Assembly (NCBI GenBank): GCA_903827345.1
Contig: CAIKID010000048.1
Location: 1-49,547, forward strand
Direction: 5' to 3'
Source: an uncultured Actinomycetes bacterium
Lineage (GTDB): Bacteria; Actinomycetota; Actinomycetes; Nanopelagicales; Nanopelagicaceae
Length of the DNA: 49,547 nt
Shown: positions 39,465-49,547 of the stretch, piece after piece
Layout: the number at the start of each line of letters is the position of its first letter
How positions within the stretch are numbered: the first letter of the stretch is position 1
Translations under genes and position numbers: made by a program
Notes under the pieces: model-generated
Seen by the model: the letters and a program-made list of their open reading frames with translations, nothing else
The model's database searches: none
Told to the model about the DNA's origin: nothing

Positions 39465-40625
39465 TTACTTCATAAAGTCAGGAACGTCTATCTCATCCTC
39501 GCTCACAAGATCTTGGAAAGTCACGCGGCGGCGGGGAGCTGAAGGAATCGTAATCTCTGCAGTGTCTTCCCCTCCAGCGAGATCGAGCGCTACTGCAATG
39601 GGATCATTTGCCGCAATCGGATCCGCTTGACCACTCAGGGCAGCAGCGGTGATCGTTGGCATTGGTGCGCGCTTTGGCGCTCCGCCATCAAAGCCTGCGG
39701 CAATAACAGTGATTCGAACTTCATCGCCTAGCGCATCATCAATAACTGTTCCAAAGATGATGTTCGCATCGGGATGCGCGGATTTGGCAACAAGCTCTGC
39801 CGCTTCACTCAATTCAAAGAGTCCTAAGTCAGAACCGCCTGCGATGGAGAGTAAAACGCCTCGTGCGCCATCTATCGAAGCTTCCAAGAGCGGGCTCGCG
39901 ATAGCTAACTCGGCGGCTCGTGTGGCACGTGCCTCTCCTCGAGCAGAGCCAATCCCCATTAATGCAGAACCAGCACCCTGCATAACGCTCTTTACATCGG
40001 CGAAGTCGAGGTTAATGAGTCCGGGTGTCGTAATGAGATCTGTGATGCCTTGCACGCCAGAAAGCAGAACTTGATCCGCACTTCGGAAAGCTTCTACCGC
40101 CGTAATGGAACGATCAGAGATAGCAAGAAGTCGATCATTAGGGATAACGATCAATGTATCAACCTCTACACGCAGAAGTTCAATGCCCTCGTTCGCTTGC
40201 AGGGTGCGATGCTTTGCTTCGAATGAAAATGGCTTCGTTACAACACCTACAGTTAGTGCTCCCAGATCCTTCGCAACTTTTGCAACTATCGGCGCACCTC
40301 CCGTTCCGGTTCCGCCACCTTCTCCCGCAGTTACAAAGACCATGTCAGCACCACGTAAAACTTCTTCGATCTCTTCAATATGATCAAGAGCGGCTTGACG
40401 TCCAACTTCAGGAGATGCACCAGCACCAAGACCGCGGGTTGATTTACGACCGATATCTAACTTAACATCGGCATCACTCATGATGAGTTGCTGTGCATCG
40501 GTATTGATCGCAATAAACTCGACACCTTTGAGACCTGCTTCAATCATACGATTGACAGCATTAACTCCTCCGCCACCAATTCCAACTCCCTTGATAACGG
40601 CCAAATAATTTTGCGGTGTCGCCAC
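39465..40625 (-). CDS. ftsZ: Cell division GTPase FtsZ
   Basis: [15 protein letters not shown], tubulin signature [15 protein letters not shown], and NDRLL. GTG start preceded by AGGAGAGG. Confidence 0.97.
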   Translation of the reverse strand: MATPQNYLAVIKGVGIGGGGVNAVNRMIEAGLKGVEFIAINTDAQQLIMSDADVKLDIGRKSTRGLGAGASPEVGRQAALDHIEEIEEVLRGADMVFVTAGEGGGTGTGGAPIVAKVAKDLGALTVGVVTKPFSFEAKHRTLQANEGIELLRVEVDTLIVIPNDRLLAISDRSITAVEAFRSADQVLLSGVQGITDLITTPGLINLDFADVKSVMQGAGSALMGIGSARGEARATRAAELAIASPLLEASIDGARGVLLSIAGGSDLGLFELSEAAELVAKSAHPDANIIFGTVIDDALGDEVRITVIAAGFDGGAPKRAPMPTITAAALSGQADPIAANDPIAVALDLAGGEDTAEITIPSAPRRRVTFQDLVSEDEIDVPDFMK

Positions 40626-40693
40626 GTTGTACCTCTCCTAAGACCCTAAATCTCAAGTCGAGACTTAAAGCGCTGCCCACTTCTTATGCGGTA

Positions 40694-40722
40694 AAAATAG
40701 GGTTCTACGCATGCGCAAGCAA
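40694..40722 (-). promoter_or_regulatory. Candidate sigma-70-type promoter for ftsZ
   Basis: The minus strand reads TTGCTT, a 17-nt spacer, then TATTTT, about 70 nt upstream of the ftsZ GTG. Pattern match only. Confidence 0.25.
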
Positions 40723-40751
40723 TGACCGACACGATATGCGGCACAAGCAAT

Positions 40752-40772
40752 CTCTCAACGCGGCGTTGAGAG
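40752..40772 (-). promoter_or_regulatory. Strong stem-loop 3 nt after the ftsQ stop codon
   Basis: CUCUCAACG-CCG-CGUUGAGAG: a 9-bp perfect stem with a 3-nt loop, followed by AUUGCUUGUG (a weak U tract). Confidence 0.6.
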
Positions 40773-40775
40773 TAA

Positions 40776-41471
40776 TTACTGCACTACTGGAGTTAACGGT
40801 TGAGAAAGGTCCACGCTAGTAATTTTCCTATTTTCAGGGAGGGATAAAAGTTGGCGCAAAACCTTTATTTTTAGCGCAATATCTTTAGTTGTTCCCCATG
40901 CAATCGTCAATTGCTTGTAACCTGCAATGGAGGTCGCGAGAATCACTTGATTGCTTTGATCAACCGACAAGCTCAACACATGTGCGGTGAGGTCAGAGGG
41001 GCTATGTGACAGAAAGGTTGCCATCGCAGCCCGTGAATCCGTCCCAACTGCTGCGAAATTGATGACGGGAAGCCCAGAAGGTGGATTAGGAGTCGTGAAG
41101 TTGTAACCCTGTGCATCGAAATATTCGGTGGCCCCCTGAGTATCGGTGTATTGCGCAATGGGGTGATGTTCTGTAATTGTAATTCGCACATCGTGGGCTA
41201 ACCAGCGCCTATTCACTTTAATCGTGTCGACCCATGATAACGTCGAGAGATCGTGCGCAATGCGCTGTGAACTCACACGCGCAATTGGCAATCCAATGTG
41301 CAGATCCTTTGGAATCAAGAGCGGAGTAACGATTGCTTCGTTTCCAGCGGCCGTTATCTCTATCGAACGAATTTCCAACGCTTTTGACCAACCAAGAAAG
41401 TAGCCGAATAACATAATGAGCAATACCGCCAGAAGAATGGCCGGTGCATTGCGATATCGGCGTTTACGCAT
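40776..41471 (-). CDS. ftsQ: Cell division protein FtsQ
   Basis: Basic N-terminus, one TM helix, then a POTRA-like region (IRSIEITAAGNE...). Position is between murC and ftsZ. 8-nt overlap with murC. Confidence 0.85.
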   Translation of the reverse strand: MRKRRYRNAPAILLAVLLIMLFGYFLGWSKALEIRSIEITAAGNEAIVTPLLIPKDLHIGLPIARVSSQRIAHDLSTLSWVDTIKVNRRWLAHDVRITITEHHPIAQYTDTQGATEYFDAQGYNFTTPNPPSGLPVINFAAVGTDSRAAMATFLSHSPSDLTAHVLSLSVDQSNQVILATSIAGYKQLTIAWGTTKDIALKIKVLRQLLSLPENRKITSVDLSQPLTPVVQ

Positions 41472-42855
41472 ATCTCTCTTCGAGCGCCTGAACGATTACC
41501 GGAGCAAGAGAATTAACATCCCCTGCGCCGAGAGTCATTATGACGTCACCGGGTTCTGCGATTTCGAGTACTGCTTGAACAACATTGAGCATAGAAGGTT
41601 CATAAGAGATAGTGCCACTACTCGAAGCCCGAGTTATCAATTGTGAAGTGACACCGGGGATCGGGGCTTCGCTAGCCGGATATACCTCAAGCACAAATGC
41701 GCGATCAGCGAGCTCGAGAGATTTCGCAAATTCCGTAAAGAACGCTTGTGTCCGGGAGAAGCGATGAGGTTGGAAGACCACAATTACTCGTCCTGGGGCC
41801 GCATAAGCTCTTGCAGTCTCGAGAGTCACTCGCAGCTCAGTGGGATGGTGACCATAATCATCGATTACCTCGATGTCACGTATTTTGCCTTTATGTTCAA
41901 ACCGTCGGCGGGAACCGCTAAAGGATTCCAGACCATTTAATAACTCCGGAACGCTAGCTCCCAATCGCTCTCCTGCTGCCAACGCCGCTGTGGCATTGAA
42001 AAGATTATGTAGACCAGGAATCGTTAAATGTAATTCCGGGAGTACCTTGCCGTTCTTCGTGATTCGCGCAAATGAGGAAGCTGGCTCTAGCAAAACTCGT
42101 GATATTGCGAACTCAGCATCTTGCGCGCCATAGGTGATGATTGCTAAATCTTTTCGAGTTACTCGCGAAAGGAGCTCAACGACACCAGGGTCATCCGTGC
42201 CAGCAATTACAAAACCATTGGGCTGAATCGTTCCAATAAATTCTACGAATATCTCGTATAGCTCCTCGATCGTTGCAAAATGATCTACGTGATCGAGTTC
42301 GAGATTTGTGATAATTGCGCCGAGCGGACGATAAGCAATAAAAGACCCATCGGACTCGTCGGCCTCGGCGATGAAGATATCTCCACTACCCAAGTGGGCA
42401 TTGACCCCAGAACTGTTGATTAATCCCCCGATGGCGAATGAGGGATCAAGTCCGGCACTTTGCAGCGCAACGGTCAGCATTGAGGTTGTCGTCGTCTTGC
42501 CATGCGTTCCGGCAACTGCGATTGAACGTTTGCCCTCCATAAGGATGGCGAGTGCTTCAGCTCTGGTAATTGTTACGATCCCTAGCTGCTCTGCAGCAAC
42601 GAGTTCGGGGTTATTTGGTGATATTGCGCCGGAGGTAATTAAGAGGTCTATCCCTTGCACATGAGCGGCGTTATGTCCCATGAAGATCTGCGCGCCTAGT
42701 GCTGCCAAAGACTGAGTAATCGAACTCTCTTTTACATCGCTTCCGCTAATTGAAAGCCCCTGAGAGAGCATTATGCGCGCGATGCCCGACATGCCGGCCC
42801 CGCCTATCCCCACAAAATGGATTCGCTTACCGGCAAGCTTCACCAATTTACTCAT
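41464..42855 (-). CDS. murC: UDP-N-acetylmuramate--L-alanine ligase
   Basis: IHFVGIGGAGMSGIA, AGTHGKTTTTSM, DDYGHHP. Confidence 0.95.
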   Translation of the reverse strand: MSKLVKLAGKRIHFVGIGGAGMSGIARIMLSQGLSISGSDVKESSITQSLAALGAQIFMGHNAAHVQGIDLLITSGAISPNNPELVAAEQLGIVTITRAEALAILMEGKRSIAVAGTHGKTTTTSMLTVALQSAGLDPSFAIGGLINSSGVNAHLGSGDIFIAEADESDGSFIAYRPLGAIITNLELDHVDHFATIEELYEIFVEFIGTIQPNGFVIAGTDDPGVVELLSRVTRKDLAIITYGAQDAEFAISRVLLEPASSFARITKNGKVLPELHLTIPGLHNLFNATAALAAGERLGASVPELLNGLESFSGSRRRFEHKGKIRDIEVIDDYGHHPTELRVTLETARAYAAPGRVIVVFQPHRFSRTQAFFTEFAKSLELADRAFVLEVYPASEAPIPGVTSQLITRASSSGTISYEPSMLNVVQAVLEIAEPGDVIMTLGAGDVNSLAPVIVQALEERYA

Positions 42856-43918
42856 GAGCTAATACTTTCAGAGATCGGCCAGCAATTTCTGCACTGGCGT
42901 TGAGTGGCAAATCCACCTTTTGTGCGGCGGCGCTCCAAGCATCTGCCTGAGCCACCAATCTATCGATATTGGCGAGGAGCCAGGTTGCAGAGAACTCGGA
43001 ATTATCCACTAACTCTCCCCCGCCACGCGCCGTAATCACCTTGGCATTTTCGCTCTGCTCACCATTGCCAATTGGTAGTGGGACGAAAAGACTGTAGATA
43101 CCCAAAACTCCAACTTCAGTGACCGTCACCGCACCACTTCTCGATATCACCATGTCGCTCGCCGCATACGCAAGAGCCATATCATCGATATATCGCATGG
43201 GCAGATACCCAGCTTGAGCCGACGGTAAATCGTTTTTAGCTCCTACGGCATGAATTATTTGATAACCCCGTCGAGAAATCTCGCGCTGTGATTGCGCTAT
43301 AGCCTCGTTGAACTTCATCGAGCCCAGAGATCCACCAAATACCAGAATAGTTTTTACTTGAGGATCAAAGTTCATGCTTCGCAAAGCCGCTTCACGTGTG
43401 CTACGTCGAACCGCGGGTTGCAATCTAGCAAGGTCAACAATCTCATTGCGTAATGGAATACCAACTCTTTCTGCTGAATCTTCTCCAAAGGCACGGAGCA
43501 TCACTGCCCCGCAGCACAGCGCCAATTTATTGGCCATACCCATCTTTGCATTCGCCTCATGCGCCACAATCGGAATCCCGGCACGTCGCGCAGCAAGATA
43601 AGCGGGTGCCGCAACATATCCACCGAATCCAATGACGAGATCTGCTCCAGCGATTAATGCCTTAGTTTGGCGTAGCGCCCTCTGAAATCTCCAAGGCCAG
43701 ATTAAAAGTTCGGCATTCAAGCGACGTGGAAAGGGCACCTTGTTGATTATGTGGAGCGGAAAACCTGCAGCAGGTACCAGAGTATTTTCGACGCCATCGC
43801 TCGTTCCCAGAAAATGGGCTTCAATTTCCGGATGGTTCACGCGAAACCAGCGGGCTACGGCGAGTGCGGGCTCAACGTGGCCCGCTGTTCCAGCGCCCGC
43901 AAAAAATATCTTCTTCAC
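42848..43918 (-). CDS. murG: Undecaprenyldiphospho-muramoylpentapeptide beta-N-acetylglucosaminyltransferase
   Basis: FAGAGTAGHVEPALAVA, GFGGYV, VFGGSLGS, SRSGA.TV.E. Confidence 0.94.
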   Translation of the reverse strand: MKKIFFAGAGTAGHVEPALAVARWFRVNHPEIEAHFLGTSDGVENTLVPAAGFPLHIINKVPFPRRLNAELLIWPWRFQRALRQTKALIAGADLVIGFGGYVAAPAYLAARRAGIPIVAHEANAKMGMANKLALCCGAVMLRAFGEDSAERVGIPLRNEIVDLARLQPAVRRSTREAALRSMNFDPQVKTILVFGGSLGSMKFNEAIAQSQREISRRGYQIIHAVGAKNDLPSAQAGYLPMRYIDDMALAYAASDMVISRSGAVTVTEVGVLGIYSLFVPLPIGNGEQSENAKVITARGGGELVDNSEFSATWLLANIDRLVAQADAWSAAAQKVDLPLNASAEIAGRSLKVLAHE

Positions 43919-45107
43919 TCTTGTACCCTCTTGCGAGCTTTGATGGCAGCTCGAACACGCGGATCCTTGCGCGAAATATTAAGAACATAGCCCACCCCTA
44001 GAAAATTGGCGATGAGCGATGAGCCGCCGTAACTAATGAAGGGAAGGGTGACGCCAACTACCGGGAGAACTCCGATAACAGAACCAACGTTGATAATCAC
44101 CTGCATCATTATCCAGGCTCCCACACCAGCGCAGGCATATCGGGAGAAGAGATCCTTAGTCTGCATTGCTGTTCTAAAAATTCCATATATAAGCGCAGCA
44201 TAGAGCGCGAGGACAACTAACGTCCCGAGCAGGCCAAGCTCCTCGCCGATGACAGCAAAGATAAAATCAGTATGAGCCTCCGAGAGATTGCCCCATTTCT
44301 GTCGACTCGCTCCAAGTCCTACTCCAAAAAGGCCACCACTCGCCAATCCCATAACAGAGTGTGCGGGTTGCCAGCCGGCCAACTTATATACGGCAGGCGC
44401 AAATGGATTCAATACAGCAGCGAAGCGATGTAAGCGATACGGGGCTAATGCAACCAAACCCACAACACCTGCAACCGCAAACGCCCCCAATACAAAGAAG
44501 TGACGTAGCGGAAGTCCACTGACAAAGAGCATCGTGGAAACCACTCCCAAGATGATAACTGTGGTGCCGAGATCCCCACCTTTAAGAATGAGAAGGATGA
44601 GTGGAAGTGTTCCGGAAAGAACGAAGCTCATATGGCGAAATGCTGAGCGATCGAGAACAGTTTCATCGAATTTTCGCAACTGACCAGCACACCACAAGAT
44701 CAGCCCAAGCTTTGCAAACTCCGAAGGCTGCATCGTGAAACCGGCAAAGTGAATCCAGTTTGTGTTGCCGTTAACTGTCAACTTGATCCTGGAACAAGTG
44801 GTAAGCAGAGCGCAAGAAATGAAAGTACGAAGGAGTACCGCGTAATCCGATCCCAAACGCTCGTCTTCCAATTTGAGACTAAGAGGACTGCGAGAATTGA
44901 AATGGCGAAGAAGAGGAGCTGTCTAAAGAAAATCGAATAAGTGGAGCCAGATTGCTGCAGTGATACGACGCTAGATGCCGATAGCACCATCACGATTCCC
45001 AAGCCCGATAAGAAGGTCAAAGCTCCTAGAATCAAGTAGTACGGAGCATCAGGTCGCTGTAAATAATTCGAGTACTTTTGCCGGCGCGTATGGTCTTTGA
45101 CGCTCAT
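43915..45107 (-). pseudogene. ftsW: ftsW (SEDS lipid II flippase/polymerase) interrupted by one frameshift, or a 1-nt assembly indel
   Basis: Two overlapping track ORFs in different frames. ORF 44778..45107 is the N-terminal 109 aa, ...FLALCLPLVPGSS*. ORF 43915..44871 is the C-terminal part, ...IKLTVNGNTNWIHFAGFTMQPSEFAKL.... The outer ends overlap the murD stop and the murG start by 4 nt each, as an intact gene would. The total span is 1193 nt, one short of 398 codons. Confidence 0.88.
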
Positions 45108-46456
45108 CGTCCAACCACCTCCCGCACCGCTGCTACAAATTTATCGCCGCGATCTGCATAATCCTGAAATTGATCCATCGATGCGCATGCGGGTGCCAAC
45201 AGCACTGTATCTCCACTCACCGCCAGCTCCTGCGCCTTGGAAACAACCGAACACATCAACTCTTGCGAATCGCCGCTGAACGGAATAATGAAATATGGAA
45301 TCTGTGGCGCAAATTTTGCAAGTGCGGTGGCGATAATAGATGCATCTTGTCCGATGAGAATGGCTGCCTTTATGCGCAGAGAGCAACGTTCGATGAGCGG
45401 TCCCATCTGCGCCCCCTTCGCCAATCCGCCAGCGATCCAGATGGACGACATCTGCGAAAGCAAGGCCGCAGCAGCTGCATGTGGATTTGTTGCCTTGGAA
45501 TCGTTAACCCAGGAAATCCCATCCTTTTCGAGAACCACTTCTAAGCGGTGGCGATCTAATGTGAAATTCTTCAACCCTGCCCTGATCTCTTCGTGCGAGA
45601 TACCAATCGCAAGTGCCAGGCCAGCAGCAGCCATAGCATTAGAAACATTGTGAGGTACAGCAGGTCGAATATCGGCGAGTTCGGCAAAATCAATTGCATC
45701 CGATGGATCAGAGGTGAAAGCGCGATCGACAAGAAGATTCTCAACCAGCCCTAATTCACCAGCCTGGGGGGTATCAAGGTTGTAAAAAATTTTTCGTCCA
45801 GACCAGGATGCTGACCTAATGACGCTCTCGCTATCTTCTCCGTTTATTATCGCGAGCGAGCCTGCCTCGAGCAACTGCAATTTAGCTAGCGCATATCGAT
45901 CGAAGGAGCCGTGCCAATCAATGTGGTCTGGGGCTATATTGAGCAACGCCACTGCTTCATAGCGTGGGAGCCGATTCCATTGCAATTGAAAAGAGGACAA
46001 CTCCAAGGCAAGATAATCATAATTTACATTTGAGGCCAGCACTGCGATAACGGGTTCGCCAACATTTCCGCATGCGATACCGCTCTTGGCGCTGCAATCA
46101 AAGATTGATTGCACCATCTGGATAGTTGTGGTCTTTCCATTTGTACCTGTTAATGCAATCCACTTCTGGTTCGGAGCAATCTCCTCTTTGACCTTCCATG
46201 CGAAATCCACCTCGCCCATCAGCTCACATCCTGTGGCTTCTAGCGCGGCGATGATCGAATGATCCCTGCGCCAGCCAGGCGATACAACGGCCAGGTCATA
46301 CGAGTTCTTTACTTCGCGGAGGGCACCGGGAGCATTCTCATCGAAGAGATCTACGTTGATACCCCGCGTGGCAAAGAAATCCAGGAGAGCAGAACCTGTC
46401 ACGCCAGCGCCAATGATGGCTACCTTTTTGGCCGACAGTTCGTGCAGGAATGACAT
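45104..46456 (-). CDS. murD: UDP-N-acetylmuramoylalanine--D-glutamate ligase
   Basis: VAIIGAGVTGSA, LTGTNGKTTT, NDSKATNP. Confidence 0.94.
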   Translation of the reverse strand: MSFLHELSAKKVAIIGAGVTGSALLDFFATRGINVDLFDENAPGALREVKNSYDLAVVSPGWRRDHSIIAALEATGCELMGEVDFAWKVKEEIAPNQKWIALTGTNGKTTTIQMVQSIFDCSAKSGIACGNVGEPVIAVLASNVNYDYLALELSSFQLQWNRLPRYEAVALLNIAPDHIDWHGSFDRYALAKLQLLEAGSLAIINGEDSESVIRSASWSGRKIFYNLDTPQAGELGLVENLLVDRAFTSDPSDAIDFAELADIRPAVPHNVSNAMAAAGLALAIGISHEEIRAGLKNFTLDRHRLEVVLEKDGISWVNDSKATNPHAAAAALLSQMSSIWIAGGLAKGAQMGPLIERCSLRIKAAILIGQDASIIATALAKFAPQIPYFIIPFSGDSQELMCSVVSKAQELAVSGDTVLLAPACASMDQFQDYADRGDKFVAAVREVVGR

Positions 46457-47527
46457 TTAAGAGGTCACCCACTGCGCATAAAAGAGGCCAAGCCCTGCAG
46501 CCACGCTTAGTCCAGCAATAATCCAGAATCTAATAACGATCGTTACTTCAGCCCAGCCTAAAAGTTCGAAATGATGTTGCAAGGGCGCCATTCTAAATAC
46601 CCTTTTCCCACCCGATAATTTGAAATAAAGAGTTTGAATAATTACAGACATAGTGATGATGACGAATAATCCACCGAGGGAAGCGAGAAGCATCTCGATC
46701 CGCAAGGTGATAGCAAGCCCCGCGATCGCACCACCAAGCGCGAGTGAGCCGACATCTCCCATAAATATGCGAGCTGGTGAGGTATTCCACCAGAGGAAAC
46801 CCGCGCAAGAGCCCGCAAAGGCAGCCGCGAGCACTGCGAGATCGAGGGGATCACGCACCATGTAGCACTTTGACGTTAATACTTCAACGCTTCCCAATCC
46901 ACAACTCTGGCGAAATTCCCAGACTCCTATAACAACGAAAGCGAGGAGCGTCATGATCGATGTACCACTCGCTAATCCGTCGAGGCCATCGGTGAGATTC
47001 ACGCCATTGCTCGTACCCAACACAAGAAAGACGACCCAGATGATTACAAAAACGGTGCCCAGAGCTAACGAGGTATCGCGGACCGTGGAAAGATGGAATG
47101 AAATCGGTGTTAACTTGAAACTATCTTTAAAGTGCAGCCCAGCAAATGCAAAGCCACCGGCCACCAACGCTTGTCCAAGAAGTTTCTGCTTCGCTCGCAA
47201 CCCGAGAGAGCGCTGCTTAACGATCTTCAACCAATCATCTAACAGGCCGACAATTCCCAGCCCCAGAACCAGACCAATAACCAAAAGTGCCGATGCGCTG
47301 ACTCGCACTCCATTGATCAGGTGAGATCCAAAATATCCTAAGACTGCGGCAAGAATGAGAACGACCCCGCCCATCGTGGGGGTGCCGCGCTTAACATGGT
47401 GGCTAGTAGGACCATCATCGCGAATCTGCTGTCCGTACCCGCGGGCAGCCTGAAAGCGAATGAATATAGGCGTGAATGCAAAACTCAACAGGGTCGAAAC
47501 TGTGCCCGCTAGCAGGATCTCTTTCAT
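46457..47527 (-). CDS. mraY: Phospho-N-acetylmuramoyl-pentapeptide transferase
   Basis: [46 protein letters not shown]. Confidence 0.95.
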   Translation of the reverse strand: MKEILLAGTVSTLLSFAFTPIFIRFQAARGYGQQIRDDGPTSHHVKRGTPTMGGVVLILAAVLGYFGSHLINGVRVSASALLVIGLVLGLGIVGLLDDWLKIVKQRSLGLRAKQKLLGQALVAGGFAFAGLHFKDSFKLTPISFHLSTVRDTSLALGTVFVIIWVVFLVLGTSNGVNLTDGLDGLASGTSIMTLLAFVVIGVWEFRQSCGLGSVEVLTSKCYMVRDPLDLAVLAAAFAGSCAGFLWWNTSPARIFMGDVGSLALGGAIAGLAITLRIEMLLASLGGLFVIITMSVIIQTLYFKLSGGKRVFRMAPLQHHFELLGWAEVTIVIRFWIIAGLSVAAGLGLFYAQWVTS

Positions 47528-48915
47528 TCTTCTTCAACCTGCCAATTCGCTAGTAATTTTTCGGAGAGCTCATCGAGGTGCTCCGCGCGCGAAGCCTTCA
47601 CCAAAAGTACATCTCCGCGTTGTACGTGGATCAACATCTCCAACGCTTCTTCTTGTGTCAGGAAGTAGTGGGTCAACATCTCGTCACCCGCGCTCGGGTC
47701 GAGTTGGAGCCCATCTAGATAGAGCTCTGTTCCAACTGCAACCAAGTGATCCACCCCTAACTTAGAGGCGAGTCTGCCAATTCGTAGATGTTCTTCGCGC
47801 TCTGACGCGCCGAGTTCATGCATTTTCCCGAGCACCGCCCACGAGGAACCGCCACGCTCCTGCGTCAATAGAACCAAGGTGCGCAATGCGGCCTGCACAC
47901 TCTCTGGATTTGCATTGTACGAGTCGTTGATGAGTAGCAACTCATCTACATCATGTAACTCCATCCGCCACTTGCTCCGCGGTTCCGCCGTGGAAAGGGC
48001 CGCCGCTACGGATTCAATAGAGATTCCCACTTCTAACGCAACCGCAGCAGCAGCTAGCGCATTGGCTACTTGATGCGCTCCTAGGAGTCGGAGTGCAACT
48101 GGAGCGCGGCCAAATTCACTCACAAGATCAAAGTGAGCTAAACCCTCACGGAATTCTAAATCTGCAGCGCGCACCTTGCTGGTGCTCTTTTCGCCAAAGG
48201 TCACTCTCTTGCGGGAACTTCCCTCACCCATGCGCGGAGTCAGCGGATCGTATTCGCCAAGAATTGCAATCCCATCTTCGGGAAGTGCATCAATCAACTC
48301 ACCCTTAGCTCGAGCGATCGCTTCGCGACTTCCAAACTCGCCTAAATGGGCGCTGCCCACGACAAGGACGACTCCTATTTGGGGTTTTGCAATGGCGCAG
48401 AGTGCGGTGATATCTCCCATATGGCGGGCACCCATTTCAACGATACAGAAACGAGTGGAGTCGGTACATCGCAGAATAGTTATAGGTACGCCGATCTCAT
48501 TATTAAAAGATCCTCGGGGAAATGTGGATTCCCCCATTATGGGAAGAATGTGACCTAATAAATCCTTGGTCGTTGTCTTTCCATGGGAGCCAGTGATCCC
48601 AATAAAGGTGCAGTGTTTCATGCGTCCCCGTACTGCGGTTGCTAGCGCGGTCAGCGCGATTGCGGAATCAGCTACAACCAGTGAAGGAATTCCCAGATTA
48701 ATAGTAGTTAATGCAAAGCGTGCCCCATTTGCAATGGCTTCCTTCGCATAAGAATTTCCGTCCACTCGCTCCCCTGGGAGCGCAACAAAGAAGGAGCCTT
48801 CTTCCACCTTGCGGGAATCGATCTCTGGGTAATCGGTGACCACCAGCGTCGGATCAAGCTCTACGATTTGGGCTCCGATAATTTCTGCAATCTCCGCAAC
48901 GGTTAAAGCAATCAT
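47524..48915 (-). CDS. murF: UDP-N-acetylmuramoyl-tripeptide--D-alanyl-D-alanine ligase
   Basis: [21 protein letters not shown]. Position is between murE and mraY. Confidence 0.94.
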   Translation of the reverse strand: MIALTVAEIAEIIGAQIVELDPTLVVTDYPEIDSRKVEEGSFFVALPGERVDGNSYAKEAIANGARFALTTINLGIPSLVVADSAIALTALATAVRGRMKHCTFIGITGSHGKTTTKDLLGHILPIMGESTFPRGSFNNEIGVPITILRCTDSTRFCIVEMGARHMGDITALCAIAKPQIGVVLVVGSAHLGEFGSREAIARAKGELIDALPEDGIAILGEYDPLTPRMGEGSSRKRVTFGEKSTSKVRAADLEFREGLAHFDLVSEFGRAPVALRLLGAHQVANALAAAAVALEVGISIESVAAALSTAEPRSKWRMELHDVDELLLINDSYNANPESVQAALRTLVLLTQERGGSSWAVLGKMHELGASEREEHLRIGRLASKLGVDHLVAVGTELYLDGLQLDPSAGDEMLTHYFLTQEEALEMLIHVQRGDVLLVKASRAEHLDELSEKLLANWQVEEE

Positions 48916-49547
48916 GCTAGTTCCTCGATTGCTCGTGCTAACTCGATTCGATCGTCAAAGGGATACTTCACGCCTTTAATCTCTTGGCCACGTTCGTGAC
49001 CTTTTCCAAGCACAATCACGCAATCACCAGCTGCAGCTTCCAGCACCGCCAGAGCAATTGCACTACGACGATCGGGTTCCACCAGATCATTCTCGCTCCG
49101 AATATCTCCGACCATCCCGTTGAGAATCTGAAGAGGATCTTCGCTACGCGGATTATCCGAGGTGAAAATTGCAAGATCTGCTCCTGCACGCAGCGCCTCT
49201 CCCATGAGGGGTCGTTTCGTCTTATCTCTATCGCCACCGCACCCAAGGACCGCGATGACTCTTCCCTCAGTTATGGAACGAACAGTTGCCAGTGCACGAC
49301 TCACTGCATCTGGAGTATGCGCATAATCGATAAGAGCTAAGAATTTCTGGCCAACCGTTACTGGTTCCAGCCGACCGACGGGAGCTGAAAGTGTGCGCAT
49401 GTAATAGGAAATTGCTACCGGATCAACCCCGCTCTCGACTGCGAGGGCAATCGCCAGCAGAGCGTTATCTAAATTATGTAGCCCAAGGAGTGGAAGGTGG
49501 CCTTCGATGAGAATGCCACCTGGACCGCGAATGGCAATCTCATAACC
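48912..49547 (-). CDS. murE: UDP-N-acetylmuramoyl-L-alanyl-D-glutamate--2,6-diaminopimelate ligase, C-terminal 211 codons (5' end beyond the right edge)
   Basis: The track ORF 48912..49400 begins at an internal Met. The same frame stays open to base 49547 (GYEIAIRGPGGILIEGHLPLLGLHNLDNALLAIA...). Motifs: DYAHTPDA, GCGGDRD..KRP.MG, TSDNPR.E. Confidence 0.92.
   Translation of the reverse strand, partial: GYEIAIRGPGGILIEGHLPLLGLHNLDNALLAIALAVESGVDPVAISYYMRTLSAPVGRLEPVTVGQKFLALIDYAHTPDAVSRALATVRSITEGRVIAVLGCGGDRDKTKRPLMGEALRAGADLAIFTSDNPRSEDPLQILNGMVGDIRSENDLVEPDRRSAIALAVLEAAAGDCVIVLGKGHERGQEIKGVKYPFDDRIELARAIEELA

Noticed and set aside
44778-44800. Programmed -1 ribosomal frameshifting as the explanation for the ftsW split.
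   Set aside because: The shift site (CCA GGA UCA) is not an X XXY YYZ slippery heptamer. There is no homopolymer run for transcriptional slippage. I see no obvious downstream pseudoknot or hairpin. A 1-nt indel, real or from sequencing, is the simpler reading.
43915-45107. Treating 44778..45107 and 43915..44871 as two independent genes.
   Set aside because: The two ORFs overlap by 94 nt in different frames. The first 28 codons of the downstream ORF (MEDERLGSDYAVLLRTFISCALLTTCSR) look like out-of-frame translation. Together the two halves reconstruct one normal-length FtsW.
1-49547. A search for an accessory or defence island: CRISPR repeats, transposases or integrases, phage genes, toxin-antitoxin pairs, restriction-modification genes, or long direct or inverted repeats flanking a segment.
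   Set aside because: Every ORF of credible size matches a housekeeping family and sits in conserved actinobacterial synteny. The intergenic regions are all under about 185 nt. I saw no repeat arrays or mobile-element hallmarks. I therefore do not claim a novel multi-gene system in this window.

Overview
This window is about 49.5 kb of compact, actinobacterial-type core chromosome. I call 45 protein genes, 43 of them on the minus strand, plus one tRNA. Read along the minus strand from right to left, the order is:
- dcw cell-wall and division cluster: murE (partial), murF, mraY, murD, ftsW, murG, murC, ftsQ, ftsZ, pgeF/ylmD, yggS/ylmE, sepF, yggT.
- ileS on the plus strand, convergent with yggT.
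- A Lys/Ala-rich DksA-type zinc-finger protein, then lspA, rluD and dnaE.
- One tightly packed his-trp-lgt string: hisD, hisC, hisB, hisH, priA(hisA), hisF, hisI, trpE, a 51-codon ORF, trpC, trpB, trpA, a MauE/DoxX membrane protein, a DsbA-like protein, lgt and a VIT-family transporter.
- gltB, gltD, pyk, a tRNA, and the ANTAR response regulator (PdtaR-like).
- A liv-type branched-chain amino-acid ABC importer (binding protein, livH, livM, livG, livF).
- A hotdog thioesterase on the plus strand, and the 5' part of polA (partial, not in the ORF track).

I saw no CRISPR array, transposase, integrase, phage gene or recognisable defence or toxin module, and I cannot support a claim of a new multi-gene system. 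What I can support is a set of local oddities:
1. A 73-nt tRNA with class-I architecture but a Leu anticodon (CAA) and Leu-like D-loop and discriminator features.
2. That tRNA ends 1 nt before the pdtaR start codon.
3. ftsW is split by a single 1-nt frameshift inside an otherwise intact, overlap-coupled dcw operon.
4. A histone-H1-like Lys/Ala repeat domain is fused to the N-terminus of the DksA/TraR protein upstream of lspA.
5. divIVA is absent from its usual place after yggT; the ileS and yggT stop codons are 1 nt apart.
6. A translationally coupled 51-codon membrane mini-ORF lies between trpE and trpC.
7. There are several strong intercistronic or leader hairpins (livK-livH, liv leader, ftsQ-ftsZ), and the ileS leader shows no T-box core.

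All folds and motif calls were done by eye. Database and covariance-model checks are named where they would be decisive.
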